Positions 17,508 to 27,942 of a stretch of DNA of 32,000 nucleotides are shown piece by piece. Location: assembly GCF_017876815.1 (NCBI RefSeq), contig NZ_JAGIOS010000002.1, forward strand, positions 510,001-542,000, written 5' to 3'. The position numbers and the translations under genes are program-made. Below the pieces are notes generated by a model. That model saw only the letters and a program-made list of their open reading frames with translations. It was not told the DNA's origin and searched no databases. Origin of the DNA: Sinorhizobium meliloti. GTDB lineage: Bacteria; Pseudomonadota; Alphaproteobacteria; Rhizobiales; Rhizobiaceae. Numbering within the stretch: position 1 is the stretch's first letter; each line of letters begins with the position of its first letter.

Positions 17508-18299
17508 ATGAGCGACACCGAACTCACCTCCAGCCCGCACTCCCGGCTCTCGCTTGCGATCCTCAGCATCCTCGGCCTCCTGCTCATCGCGGCTTTTGCT
17601 GCGCTCGGCACGTGGCAGCTCAAGCGCCTCTCCTGGAAGCTCGACCTGATCGCCCGGGTCGAGGAGCGCGTCCACGCGGCACCCATGCCTGTGCCGCCCC
17701 GCAACGACTGGCCGAACGTCAACGCCGCGCGAGACGAATACCGGCACGTCGCTCTCCAGGGCCGCTTCCTCAACGATAAGGAAACGCTGGTCTATGCCGC
17801 AACCGAACGCGGCGCCGGCTATTGGGTTGTGACGCCCCTTGCAGCTGCCGATGGGACGACGGTGCTCGTGAACCGCGGCTTCGTACCGACGGAGAGGCGT
17901 GAGGCATCGACGCGGCGGGAAGGCCAGATCGAGGGCGAAGCGAAGGTCACCGGCCTCATGCGCATGGACGAGCCTGACGGCTCGCTCCTGCAGTCGAACA
18001 GGCCCGGGGAAAACCGTTGGTATTCGCGCGACGTGGGTGCGATCGCTGCGGCGCGTGGCCTCTCCGAGGTCGCGCCCTACTTCGTCGACGCGGATGCCAG
18101 CCCGAATCGCGGCGGGCTCCCCGTCGGCGGACTGACGCGCGTCGTCTTTCCCAACAATCACCTCGTTTATGCCGTCACCTGGTACGGTCTCGCGGCCATG
18201 ACGGTGGGTATGCTGGTGATTTTGTGGAGGTCGGCGAGGAGATCGGTCCCGGCGCGGCGTAACGGCCGCGCCGGCGAAGACATCAATTCGCGGAGTTGA
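17508..18299 (+). CDS. SURF1 family cytochrome oxidase biogenesis protein
   Basis: N-terminal TM followed by GTWQLKRLSWK, with a C-terminal NNHLVYAVTWYGLA motif. Located downstream of cyoABCD. Confidence 0.85.
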   Translation: MSDTELTSSPHSRLSLAILSILGLLLIAAFAALGTWQLKRLSWKLDLIARVEERVHAAPMPVPPRNDWPNVNAARDEYRHVALQGRFLNDKETLVYAATERGAGYWVVTPLAAADGTTVLVNRGFVPTERREASTRREGQIEGEAKVTGLMRMDEPDGSLLQSNRPGENRWYSRDVGAIAAARGLSEVAPYFVDADASPNRGGLPVGGLTRVVFPNNHLVYAVTWYGLAAMTVGMLVILWRSARRSVPARRNGRAGEDINSRS

Positions 18300-18813
18300 G
18301 GGTCATCGACGTGCCCGCGGCCGCGACGTTGAGACCGAGCTGGCCGGTGACGCTGACCGTCTGGAGGTGGATCGAGCCGGAGGTGCCGCCGACGAGGACA
18401 TTGGCGCCCACACCCGCACCGAGCGTCGCCTCGGCGCTCGCGCCCTTATAGATACCGCTCAGAGAACCATGGTGGTAGCCTGCCGTCGGCGCGAACACGG
18501 CCCAGATCAACCGGCTGCGCATCGTGAAACCCACGTCGATCCCGAGTTTGCGAATTTCACCCGTGTAGCGATCCTCGATCACATCGCCGCCCAGCGACCG
18601 GAAGGCGCACTCGACCTCTTTGGACGAACCGAGCACGTAGCCGGCGCCGCCGCCGATGTCGCATTCCAGATAGCCGATCTTCACACCGCCGCGCGCGTCC
18701 TGCATCGCCGGCGGCGGCGCCGGCTCCTGATAGGTCAGATCGGCCGCATTGGCGCCCGCGGCGGCAAACGCGATCGTGACCGCGGAAAACGCCATGGCGA
18801 GAGTCTTCTTCAT
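18283..18813 (-). CDS. DUF992 domain-containing secreted protein
   Basis: Signal peptide plus the Gly-rich pattern GYLECDIGGGAGYVLGSSKEVEC...GANVLVGGTSGSIHLQ, typical of DUF992. Confidence 0.8.
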   Translation of the reverse strand: MKKTLAMAFSAVTIAFAAAGANAADLTYQEPAPPPAMQDARGGVKIGYLECDIGGGAGYVLGSSKEVECAFRSLGGDVIEDRYTGEIRKLGIDVGFTMRSRLIWAVFAPTAGYHHGSLSGIYKGASAEATLGAGVGANVLVGGTSGSIHLQTVSVTGQLGLNVAAAGTSMTLNSAN

Positions 18814-19055
18814 GCATCTTCTCCTTTTCGGCTCATCATCGGCAGAAACCCCGGCCGATCGTCCGAAACAAATTCAGTAATGTCAGCTGCACGGAAAGAT
18901 TTCGTGCCGCTATGCCTGCCACTCAGGCGGGCTCACGTTTTCGTTGCATTGAGACAATTCGGAGGCAGGCTCGACAACATCTTGCTTTTGCGCAGAAGTG
19001 TTGCCTTTCGGCCAAAGCCTCAAGCGCGCCGCCTCGAACGGATCTGCCACGCGCA

Positions 19056-19676
19056 TCAGCCGCCGTTCACGAGATTGAGGATGAGCTGGTGAACATTGCC
19101 GCCGTCGCTGAGCTCGGCCTTGTCGAAGTCGCGGCTCTTCTGTCTTTGCGCGCGGGAGATTTCGCCGAGCCGCTTCGTCATTTCGGATTTGATCTTGCGG
19201 CATTGGGGATCGTCGGCAACGGTGAGGCCCACGGTGGCGGCCTCGATGGCGCTCACCATCTCCTTGATGAAGTCGCCATGGACCAGTTCATGCTTTTTCA
19301 CGCCGGCGATGAAGGTCTGCCAGTGCGTCTCGATCCCGGCCGGCAGCTTTCCGGCAAGCTCCGGCAGCGTATACGTGATGGTGAGCTTCGGCAGCGCCGA
19401 CGCGAGCACGCAGGCCCCGTCTCGCTCCTCGTATTTCCGCCTCCAGGTGAGTTTGAAGCTCGTATGGGCGATCGCGCGCCCGAGGCCGCCCACCTGCGGT
19501 CCTCGTTCGCCGATGGAAGCGTAGAGCTCCGGTCCGGACTGCCCGGTGATCGCGTAGGTCTTGATCTTTTCGACCGCCTGCCATTCCGCCCGGGCAGCCG
19601 CCGGCGTCATGAGAACACAGGCCAACAGAAAACAAGTTCGACGGCCCGCCAAGCCAACCCCCACGAAAACCTTCAT
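19056..19676 (-). CDS. DUF922 domain-containing predicted secreted Zn-dependent protease
   Basis: Signal peptide and an HELVH (HExxH) motif in a KKHELVHGDF context. Family assignment is from memory of DUF922/COG5661. Confidence 0.75.
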   Translation of the reverse strand: MKVFVGVGLAGRRTCFLLACVLMTPAAARAEWQAVEKIKTYAITGQSGPELYASIGERGPQVGGLGRAIAHTSFKLTWRRKYEERDGACVLASALPKLTITYTLPELAGKLPAGIETHWQTFIAGVKKHELVHGDFIKEMVSAIEAATVGLTVADDPQCRKIKSEMTKRLGEISRAQRQKSRDFDKAELSDGGNVHQLILNLVNGG

Positions 19677-19752
19677 TGAATGCGGGCGCAACCTAACGGG
19701 GATGGGCACGGCTTTCAATCGTCCCGATCTGCCCCTACGCGGCTGCTGCCGG

Positions 19753-20214
19753 TCAGACGCTGCTCAACAGGAGGCTGGTCTCGCTGTTGGCGACGCCGTC
19801 GATCATCCGCACCTCGCGCAGGATCCGGTCGAATTCGGAGAGATTGGCCGCCCGTATGTTGGCGACCAGATCCCAGTTGCCGTTGGTGGTGTGCAGCGTA
19901 AAGATCTCGGGCATGCCGCGCAGTTTGCGAACCACCTGCGTCGTGGACTTCCCCACAACCTCGATCATCATCACCGCATGAACCGTGTTGACGTCGTAGT
20001 CTTCCCTGACGCGCACCGTGAACCCGAGAAGCGTCCCGGTCTCGAGCAGGCGGTCCAGGCGATTTTGCACAGTGCCGCGCGCCACGCCCAGCGCGTCGGA
20101 AAGTTTGGAAAGCGATGCCCGCCCATCAGCGCGCAGATGCGCAATGATCCGGCGGTCCAGATCATCCGGGGTGTATTTTGCAACTGCTGAATCGCCAACT
20201 CCTGTTCTGCTCAT
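19753..20214 (-). CDS. Lrp/AsnC family transcriptional regulator
   Basis: N-terminal HTH (LDRRIIAHLRADGRASLSKLSDALGVARGTVQNRLDRL) plus a RAM/AsnC_trans_reg C-terminal domain. Divergent from ocd. Confidence 0.9.
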   Translation of the reverse strand: MSRTGVGDSAVAKYTPDDLDRRIIAHLRADGRASLSKLSDALGVARGTVQNRLDRLLETGTLLGFTVRVREDYDVNTVHAVMMIEVVGKSTTQVVRKLRGMPEIFTLHTTNGNWDLVANIRAANLSEFDRILREVRMIDGVANSETSLLLSSV

Positions 20215-20340
20215 ATTGCACAATCCGACTGGAAAAATTGCTCAGTTCGGTGCCGAAAATAGCACATCTTTGCGCTTTCGACCAGCGCGCTCAATCGCTA
20301 CCCTGTCCTGGAATACAGCAAGCCGCCAAGAGGAACCTCC

Positions 20341-21408
20341 ATGTTCTCCCCGCTCCCTTCAGCCAAGGCCATGGTGCCCTTCGTCAGCGTCGACAACATG
20401 ATGCGCCTCGTTCATCACCTGGGCATCGAGACGGTTCTGGCAGAGCTCACGGACACCATCGAGGCGGATTTCCGCCGCTGGGAGAGCTTCGACAAGACCC
20501 CGCGCGTTGCCAGCCATTCGCGCGACGGCGTCATCGAACTGATGCCGACCTCCGACGGCAGGGTCTACAGCTTCAAATATGTCAACGGCCACCCGAAGAA
20601 CACCGCCGAGGGGCTGCAGACGGTGACCGCCTTCGGGCTGCTCGCCGAGGTTTCGACAGGCTATCCCGCGCTGCTTACCGAGATGACGATACTGACGGCG
20701 CTCAGAACCGCCGCAACCTCGGCGATGGCCGCACGGCACCTGGCACCGAAGGGTGCGCGCACGATGGCGATGATCGGCAACGGCGCCCAGGCCGAGTTCC
20801 AGGCGCTGGCGATGAAGGCCGTCTGCGGCATCGACACCATCCGGCTCTACGATATCGACCTTCGGGCAACGGAGAAGGCCGCCCGCAACCTCGACGGTTC
20901 CGGCCTCAAGATCCTGTCTTGCAGGTCCGCCCAGGAAGCGATCGAAGGCGCCGAGATCGTTACCACCTGTACGGCCGACAAGCAGTTCGCCACGATCCTC
21001 ACCGACAACATGGTCGGCGCCGGGGTCCACATCAACGCAATCGGCGGCGATTGCCCCGGCAAAACGGAATTGCATCGCGATATCCTGAAGCGCTCGGACG
21101 TCTTCGTCGAATACCCGCCACAGACCCGCATCGAGGGTGAGATCCAGCAAATGGCGCCGGACTTTCCGGTCACCGAACTCTGGAAGGTCGTCACCGGCGA
21201 GGCGCAGGGCCGCCGCGATGCCCGCCAGATCACCCTCTTCGACAGCGTCGGCTTCGCCATCGAGGATTTCTCGGCGCTCCGCTACGTGCGAGCCCGCCTT
21301 CCCGGCACGGATTTCTACCAGAATCTCGACATGATCGCCGATCCCGACGATCCGCGCGACCTGTTCGGCATGTTGCTCAGGGCAAAAGAGAACGAAGAAA
21401 CGATCTGA
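20341..21408 (+). CDS. ocd: ornithine cyclodeaminase
   Basis: Close resemblance to characterised OCDs (RVASHS..GVIELMP...FKYVNGHP.NT..GL.TV.AFG.LA....GYP.LL.E.TI.TALRTAATS; GNGAQAEFQALA). GAGGAA lies upstream of the ATG. Confidence 0.9.
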   Translation: MFSPLPSAKAMVPFVSVDNMMRLVHHLGIETVLAELTDTIEADFRRWESFDKTPRVASHSRDGVIELMPTSDGRVYSFKYVNGHPKNTAEGLQTVTAFGLLAEVSTGYPALLTEMTILTALRTAATSAMAARHLAPKGARTMAMIGNGAQAEFQALAMKAVCGIDTIRLYDIDLRATEKAARNLDGSGLKILSCRSAQEAIEGAEIVTTCTADKQFATILTDNMVGAGVHINAIGGDCPGKTELHRDILKRSDVFVEYPPQTRIEGEIQQMAPDFPVTELWKVVTGEAQGRRDARQITLFDSVGFAIEDFSALRYVRARLPGTDFYQNLDMIADPDDPRDLFGMLLRAKENEETI

Positions 21409-21442
21409 GCGCTTCCAGGAAGGGTTTTCCGTCCGGCCCGCC

Positions 21443-21712
21443 TCACCGCCCCTGCAGACGCGATATCGCCTTACGGGCATCTCCAACGAGGTGATGGCCG
21501 GGATGACGGCGGATGAAGCGTTCGTAGGCTTGCACGGTATTTTCCGCCCGTACTGCCTCGAATTCCGATCTCACGGCCCGCTCATAGTCGGGTGGCTTTT
21601 GCATTTCCGCTCCGCTTGGCTTCATCGCGCCTTGCGCGGCAGGCGAAGACATTGCCAAAAATCCCAGGGCAAGCAACTGCACCGCTTTGCGAAATGTCAC
21701 TGACCGCTCCAA
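21443..21712 (-). CDS. hypothetical secreted protein (89 aa)
   Basis: ORF with a signal-peptide-like N-terminus (LLALGFLAMSSPAAQG). No family recognised. Confidence 0.45.
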   Translation of the reverse strand: MERSVTFRKAVQLLALGFLAMSSPAAQGAMKPSGAEMQKPPDYERAVRSEFEAVRAENTVQAYERFIRRHPGHHLVGDARKAISRLQGR

Positions 21713-21795
21713 TCCTATCGATCTGGTTACATTAACAGTAGCCAGTGTCGGCGATAATTGCTAATCAGTCGACACAACAATAGCGGGAATCCTGA

Positions 21796-23217
21796 ATGAG
21801 CGGCACCGGTAAGTCCCTTAAGTTCGCCAAAGCAACTGGAAACAACGTTGTCGATTCGCTGCTGACGAGAGTTGCCTGGGCCGGAACGATTACCTATTCG
21901 TTTCCGACTTTGGCCAAAAGCTACGCCTACGGATTTGAAAAGTACTTCGGCTTTACCTCGGTATCGGCGGCACAGAAAAATGCGGCCCTGTTCGCCATGG
22001 AGCAATCCTTCGGCCCGGCGGCCAATGACGGCTTTTCCGTCGAGGGCTTCACCAATGCCAGCTTCGCGCCGGGAAGTGCCGGCACCGCGACAATCCGCTT
22101 TGCGCAGACGGCGCTGGCGGAGACCTCCTATGCCTACCTTCCTGCGCTTCATGCGGCAGCAGGAGACATTTGGTTCGGCACAGCCTATGCCGGCACGGCG
22201 GACGACTATCGCAAGCCGGTCGCCGGGAACTATGCATGGCACACGCACCTGCACGAACTCGGTCATGCGCTCGGGCTGAAGCACGGCCACGAGTCGGACG
22301 TCTACGGTGCCACACCGGCTCAGTACGATTCCATCGAATATTCCGTCCTGTCCTATAGGGCATATGTCGGTGCCGACACCGGCGGGAGTTATTCCTACGA
22401 GCAGTTCGGTGCACCGCAGACCTTCATGATGGGCGACATTGCCGCGCTGCAGGAGATGTACGGTGCCGACTTCACGACCAATAGCGGCAACACGGTCTAC
22501 AAGTGGACGCCCGGCAGCGGCGCCACTTTCGTCAATGGAGCCGTCGGAATCTCGCCGGGCGCCAACCGCATCTTCGCAACCATATGGGACGGCGGCGGCA
22601 AGGACACCTACGATCTGACGGCCTATACGACCGCTCTCAAGGTCGATCTCAGGCCCGGCAAGGCTTCGACCTTCAGCATCGACCAACTCGCCTGGCTCGA
22701 CGGCGGCCCGAACGGCGGCTTTGCCGCCGGAAACGTCTTCAATGCGCTGCTCTACCGTGGCGACACGCGCTCTCTGATCGAAAACGTCAAGGGCGGCTCG
22801 GCCGGCGACGCGATCACCGGCAATCAAGCCACCAATGTGCTGTGGGGTTATGCTGGCAACGACACGCTGAACGGCGATACGGGCAATGACGTGCTCTACG
22901 GCGGCTCCGGTTCCGACAGGCTCTACGGCGGAAAGGGCAACGACCAGATCTTCGGTGAGACCGGCAACGACCTGATTTACGCGGGCGCGGGGGCGGACCG
23001 TTTGAACGGGGGCAGTGGAACCGACAGCTTCGTGTTCAAGGCGCTCTGGGATTCGACCGCCGCAGCATCCGGACGCGACACTATCTTTGATTTTACGCCG
23101 AAATCCGACCGGATCGATCTTTCCGCGATCGATGCCAACACGTCGATCGCCGGCGATCAGGCGTTTCTCTTCGCCGGTACTGCCGCCTTCGGCGGCAAGA
23201 AGGGCGAGTTGCGTTAG
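21796..23217 (+). CDS. M10 (serralysin-like) zinc metalloprotease with RTX calcium-binding repeats; C-terminus cut off by an in-frame TAG
   Basis: HELGHALGLKHGHE zinc motif, a Met-turn-like SVLSYR, and at least five GGxGxD nonapeptide repeats. After the TAG at 23215-23217, the same frame continues for 34 codons (VRDVSDTYIYGDRKADLAIHLDDAVTLQKGYFVL) to a TAG at 23320-23322. Confidence 0.85.
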   Translation: MSGTGKSLKFAKATGNNVVDSLLTRVAWAGTITYSFPTLAKSYAYGFEKYFGFTSVSAAQKNAALFAMEQSFGPAANDGFSVEGFTNASFAPGSAGTATIRFAQTALAETSYAYLPALHAAAGDIWFGTAYAGTADDYRKPVAGNYAWHTHLHELGHALGLKHGHESDVYGATPAQYDSIEYSVLSYRAYVGADTGGSYSYEQFGAPQTFMMGDIAALQEMYGADFTTNSGNTVYKWTPGSGATFVNGAVGISPGANRIFATIWDGGGKDTYDLTAYTTALKVDLRPGKASTFSIDQLAWLDGGPNGGFAAGNVFNALLYRGDTRSLIENVKGGSAGDAITGNQATNVLWGYAGNDTLNGDTGNDVLYGGSGSDRLYGGKGNDQIFGETGNDLIYAGAGADRLNGGSGTDSFVFKALWDSTAAASGRDTIFDFTPKSDRIDLSAIDANTSIAGDQAFLFAGTAAFGGKKGELR

Positions 23218-23330
23218 GTCCGGGATGTCTCCGACACCTACATCTACGGCGACAGGAAAGCGGACCTCGCCATACATCTGGATGACGCCGTCACGCTGCA
23301 GAAGGGCTACTTCGTCCTGTAGACCGCGCC

Positions 23331-23357
23331 GATTTGAGGTCGGATCGACCTCAAATC
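23331..23357. repeat. palindromic element / terminator hairpin after the protease gene
   Basis: GATTTGAGGTCG-gat-CGACCTCAAATC forms perfect 12-bp arms. It shares the AGGTCG-N3-CGACCT core with the 7641-7671 palindrome. Confidence 0.55.
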
Positions 23358-23580
23358 GTGAGCGCGCCTGCAACCGGCTCCGATGAACTGCGGAAGCGTC
23401 CTACATGACTGATTTGCGGACACAATCTCCTTTCCAATTCGCCACCGTGCGGCTAGCATGAAAAACAGGAGCAATTTGAAGTTGCGCCGCTTGAATTGCG
23501 GCGTGACTTGAATCGAGGAAAGTGCTGAGATCCCACTCGGTCGATGCGGGTCCCACACAAGCCGTTCAGGGGAGCATTGC

Positions 23581-24702
23581 ATGCGCGTTTCGAGAGTTCT
23601 GGCTGCGGCTCTTTCATGCGGGCTGCTCACGACCATCGGCATCGTCGCGGGAAACGCTTATGCACAGCAGCCCCCTCCAGCCGTCACCGTGGCGCCGGCC
23701 GCGATCATGGACCTGCGCGAAAGCGTGGATCTGACGGGCAAGGTCGTTGCTGTTCAGAAGGTCGACATCCGCGCCCGTGTGTCCGGCTTCCTCGAGAAGG
23801 TCAATTTCGAGGATGGGCAGAAGGTCTCGGCGGGAACGGTGCTTTATCAGGTGGAGGACGGTGCCTATCGCGCCGCCCTGCAGGAAATCGACGGTTCGAT
23901 CGCGGCAGCGGAGGCTCAACGGGACCTCGCCGTTCTCGAACGTGACCGTGCCCAGCGGTTGATCGCCACCAATACGGTTGCGCAGGCGACGCTCGACACT
24001 GCGAACGCACAGGTGAAAAAGGCCGAGGCCGATATCCTGCGCCTCAAGGGCAGCAAGCAGAATGCCGAACTCAATCTTTCCTACACGAAGATCCTCGCGC
24101 CGTTCGATGGCGTCGTCGGCCTGACCACGGTCGATGTCGGCGCCCTCGTCGCGCCGGACAGTGGATCGCTGGTGACGCTGACGCGCCTCGACCCGATCTA
24201 TGTCGAGTTTCCCGTCGCGACCTCTCTTTATTTCTCCTACCGCGAGCGCGTCGAAAAGGGTGAGATGTCGAGCGGCGCCAATGTCAGCATCACGCTTCCG
24301 AACGGCACCGACTACCCGGAGAAAGGCACGATAGACTTCGTCGCGAGCACGGTCTCGCAAGGGACCGACACCGTCACGGTTCGCGCCGAGTTTCCCAATC
24401 CCGGCGGGACCCTTCTCGACGGCACGCTCGTCAGGGTCGTTCTCGAGCAGTCCGATCCGCAGGACGTGCTCGCCGTACCACAGCAGGCGGTCCAGCGCGA
24501 CCAGCAGGGCGCCTTCGTCATGGTGGTCGACGCCAATTCCAAGGTCGAGCTTCGCCGCGTCGACGTCAGCCGCTCCAGCCGCGGCCAAGCCGTCGTCGCC
24601 AAGGGGCTGAAGGAGGGCGAGAACGTCATAACGGAGGGCGTGGGCAAGGTGCGGCCGGGGATCGTGGTCGACGCTGTAGCCGCAACGTCGACGGGTGGCT
24701 GA
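23581..24702 (+). CDS. efflux RND transporter periplasmic adaptor subunit
   Basis: Signal/anchor sequence, then coiled-coil, lipoyl and beta-barrel architecture typical of MFP/HlyD_D23 proteins ([13 protein letters not shown]). Immediately upstream of the RND pump gene. Confidence 0.9.
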   Translation: MRVSRVLAAALSCGLLTTIGIVAGNAYAQQPPPAVTVAPAAIMDLRESVDLTGKVVAVQKVDIRARVSGFLEKVNFEDGQKVSAGTVLYQVEDGAYRAALQEIDGSIAAAEAQRDLAVLERDRAQRLIATNTVAQATLDTANAQVKKAEADILRLKGSKQNAELNLSYTKILAPFDGVVGLTTVDVGALVAPDSGSLVTLTRLDPIYVEFPVATSLYFSYRERVEKGEMSSGANVSITLPNGTDYPEKGTIDFVASTVSQGTDTVTVRAEFPNPGGTLLDGTLVRVVLEQSDPQDVLAVPQQAVQRDQQGAFVMVVDANSKVELRRVDVSRSSRGQAVVAKGLKEGENVITEGVGKVRPGIVVDAVAATSTGG

Positions 24703-24706
24703 GCCG

Positions 24707-27700
24707 ATGATCTCCGAAATCTTCATCGATCGCCCGCGCTTTGCCGCGGTCATTTCCATCGTGCTGACTCTCGCGGGGCTGATCGCCCTGACGAGACTGC
24801 CGATCGCGCAGTTTCCCGACATCGTCCCGCCGCAGGTCAGCGTCACGGCGAGCTATCCCGGCGCAGGCGCGGACGTGGTCGAGGCAACGGTCGCCCAGCC
24901 GCTCGAGAGCAAGGTCGTCGGCGTCGACAACATGCTCTACATGAAATCGACGAGCGGCGCCGACGGGACCTACTCTCTGACCGTCACCTTCGCCGTCGGC
25001 ACCGATCCGGACATTGCCACCGTCAACGTACAGAACCGCGTCGCGCTCGCCGAGCCGGTGCTGCCGGCCGAAGTCAAGCAGAGCGGCGTCAGCGTCCAGA
25101 AGAGATCCTCCTCGCTGATGCAGGTGATCGCCATTCACGGCGAGAATGACGAATTCGACAATCTGTTCCTCTCGAACTACGCGACGATCAACGTGCTCGA
25201 CACGATCAAGCGCGTGCCCGGCGTCGGCGATGCAACGCTGTTCGGCGCTCAGGACTATTCGATGCGGGTCGTCCTCGACATCGACCGGCTGACCAATCTG
25301 GGACTGACGCCGACGGACGTGATCAACGCATTGAAGACGCAGAACGTCCAGGCCGCGATCGGCCGCATCGGCGCCCAGCCGATGACGGACGACCCGCTGT
25401 TCCAGTTGAACATCCAGACGCAGGGGCGGCTGACCGACCCCGCCCAGTTCGAAGACGTCGTGCTCCGGGCCGAGCCGGACGGCTCGTTCGTCCGCATTCG
25501 CGACGTCGCGCGCGTCGAGCTGGGTTCGGTGAGCGCCGACTCCACCGCCCGCATCAACGGCAAGCCGGTCGCGATGATCGGGACCTATCAGGCGCCGGGC
25601 GCCAATGCGCTCGCCGCCACCGAGGGCGTGCAACAGGCGATGGACCGCCTCGCCGCGGCGTTCCCGGAGGGGCTCACCTATACGGTCTCCTACGACACGT
25701 CCGATTTCGTGCAGGCGAGCGTGGAGAATGTCGAGCATACGTTGTTCGAGGCCTTTGCTCTCGTCATCATCGTCGTCTTCCTCTTTCTAGGCAATTGGCG
25801 CGCCGCGCTGATCCCGCTCATCGCCGTTCCGGTGGCGCTCGTCGGCACCTTTGCCGTGATCCTGGCGATGGGCTTTTCGCTGAACACGGTCTCGCTTCTG
25901 GCGCTGGTGCTCGCGATCGGCATCGTCGTCGACGACGCGATCGTCGTCGTGGAAAATGTCGAGCGGGTGATGGAGGAAAATCCCGGCATGAGCGCGGCGC
26001 AGGCCGCGCGTCTGGCGATGGGCGAAATCACCGGGGCAATCGTCGCCATCACGCTCGTCCTGCTTTCGGTCTTCGTACCGGTTGCCTTCATTCCGGGCCT
26101 CAGCGGGCAGCTCTTCCAGCAATTCGCCGTCGCCGTCTCGGTATCGATGGTCATTTCCGCGATCAACGCGCTGACCCTCAGCCCGGCGCTTTGCGCAATC
26201 CTCCTGAAACCGCATCACGGCCCGAAACGCGGCATCCTGGGCTGGATCTCGCGCGGCATCGACCGCACCCGCAATGGCTATGCCCATGTCGCCGGAAGCA
26301 TTGCGCGCAGAGCCATCATCGGCGTGATCCTCCTGGCGGTCGCCATCGGCGCCAGCGGCTGGCTGTTCCGGATCGTCCCCACGGGCTTCCTGCCGAGCGA
26401 GGATCAGGGCGCATTCTTTGCGGAGATCCGCCTTCCGGAAGGTGCCTCCTTCAACCGGACGGACGCCGTGGTGCGCGAGGTCGAAACCATGCTCGGCGGC
26501 ATCGAGGGCGTGGCGAACGTCACCACCGTCACCGGCTACAGTTTCCTCGACGGCATCGCCAAATCGAGCAGTGCCTTCGCGATCGTCACGATGAAGCCCT
26601 TCGCCGAACGCCAGGACGAGTCCGCCTCGGTCAATGCCGCGATCGGCACCGTGATGGCCAAGGGCGCGGCAATTCGCAATGCCCAGGTCTTCGCCTTCAA
26701 CCTGCCGCCCATCATCGGTCTCGGGACGGGGTCGGGCTTCGAATATCAGTTGCTCGACCTGCAGGGCCGGTCGCCGGCAGAGCTTGCCGCGACAGCGGGC
26801 GGGCTGATGGTCGCGGCCAATCAGAACCCACAGCTCGGACCCACCTTCAGCACCTATTCGGCGAGCTCGCCCCAGCTCTACCTCAATCTCGACCGCGATC
26901 GGCTGCAAGCGCTCGGGGTCTCTGTAAGCGATCTTTTCGCAACGCTGCAGGGCACGCTCGGATCCTATTACGTCAACGACTTCAATCTTTTCGGCCGAAG
27001 CTGGAAAGTCACGATGCAGGCGGCCGAAGCGGATCGCGATGCGGTCGACGACATCTCCCGGTTGCATGTACGCAACGCCGCGGGCGATATGGTCCCCGTG
27101 GCCTCGGTCGCGCGCGTGGACTACATCGTCGGGCCGCAGTCGATCGTGCGCTACAACAACTACCGCTCGATCACACTCAACGGGCAGCCGGCGCCCGGCA
27201 TCTCCTCGGGTCAGGCGCTGGCCGCTATGGAACAGGTCTCCGCCGCGACTCTGCCGCCGGGCTACAGCTTCGAGTGGACGGGAACGGCGCTGCAGGAGCT
27301 CGAGGCCGCCGGCCAGACGACGGTGATCCTGGCGTTGGCCCTGCTCTTCGCCTATCTCTTCCTCGTGGCGCTTTACGAAAGCTGGACGATCCCCATACCG
27401 GTTCTGCTTTCGGTGTCCGTCGGGGTGGCCGGTGCTCTCGTGGCGGTGCTGGTTGCCGGTCTCTCCTTCGACATCTATGCCCAGATCGGCCTCGTCGTCT
27501 TGATCGCGCTCGCCTCAAAGAACGCGATCCTGATCGTCGAATTCGCAAAATTCCAACGGGAGAAAGGCGCGACCATCGTCGATGCCGCGGTCGAGGGCGC
27601 GCGCACCCGTTTCCGCGCGGTGATGATGACCAGCTTCGCCTTCATCGTCGGGCTGATCCCGCTCGTCACGGCCGATGGCGCCGGCATGCTCAGCCGCCGC

Positions 27701-27940
27701 GCGGTCGGAACGGGCGTTGCCGGCGGCATGCTCGCCGCTTCGCTCCTCGGGATCTTCATCATTCCGGCGCTCTATGTCGTGTTCCAGTGGCTGCGCGAGA
27801 GGGGCCACAAGCTCGCCGGCCTGTCGTCGCATGCGGCCGGCGAGGCGCCGCATGCTGCAACGGAGAGCGCTGAAAGTGTCAAGCCCGCCACCGGCCAGCA
27901 GGCGCAAACCGTCGGACAAGATCGGAACGTCCCCGACTGA
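24707..27940 (+). CDS. efflux RND transporter permease subunit (HAE1/AcrB-like)
   Basis: Starts [15 protein letters not shown]. 12-TM AcrB-like protein of ~1077 aa with a conserved [15 protein letters not shown] motif. The ATG at 24707 lies just after the adaptor stop. Confidence 0.95.
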   Translation: MISEIFIDRPRFAAVISIVLTLAGLIALTRLPIAQFPDIVPPQVSVTASYPGAGADVVEATVAQPLESKVVGVDNMLYMKSTSGADGTYSLTVTFAVGTDPDIATVNVQNRVALAEPVLPAEVKQSGVSVQKRSSSLMQVIAIHGENDEFDNLFLSNYATINVLDTIKRVPGVGDATLFGAQDYSMRVVLDIDRLTNLGLTPTDVINALKTQNVQAAIGRIGAQPMTDDPLFQLNIQTQGRLTDPAQFEDVVLRAEPDGSFVRIRDVARVELGSVSADSTARINGKPVAMIGTYQAPGANALAATEGVQQAMDRLAAAFPEGLTYTVSYDTSDFVQASVENVEHTLFEAFALVIIVVFLFLGNWRAALIPLIAVPVALVGTFAVILAMGFSLNTVSLLALVLAIGIVVDDAIVVVENVERVMEENPGMSAAQAARLAMGEITGAIVAITLVLLSVFVPVAFIPGLSGQLFQQFAVAVSVSMVISAINALTLSPALCAILLKPHHGPKRGILGWISRGIDRTRNGYAHVAGSIARRAIIGVILLAVAIGASGWLFRIVPTGFLPSEDQGAFFAEIRLPEGASFNRTDAVVREVETMLGGIEGVANVTTVTGYSFLDGIAKSSSAFAIVTMKPFAERQDESASVNAAIGTVMAKGAAIRNAQVFAFNLPPIIGLGTGSGFEYQLLDLQGRSPAELAATAGGLMVAANQNPQLGPTFSTYSASSPQLYLNLDRDRLQALGVSVSDLFATLQGTLGSYYVNDFNLFGRSWKVTMQAAEADRDAVDDISRLHVRNAAGDMVPVASVARVDYIVGPQSIVRYNNYRSITLNGQPAPGISSGQALAAMEQVSAATLPPGYSFEWTGTALQELEAAGQTTVILALALLFAYLFLVALYESWTIPIPVLLSVSVGVAGALVAVLVAGLSFDIYAQIGLVVLIALASKNAILIVEFAKFQREKGATIVDAAVEGARTRFRAVMMTSFAFIVGLIPLVTADGAGMLSRRAVGTGVAGGMLAASLLGIFIIPALYVVFQWLRERGHKLAGLSSHAAGEAPHAATESAESVKPATGQQAQTVGQDRNVPD

Positions 27941-27942
27941 AC

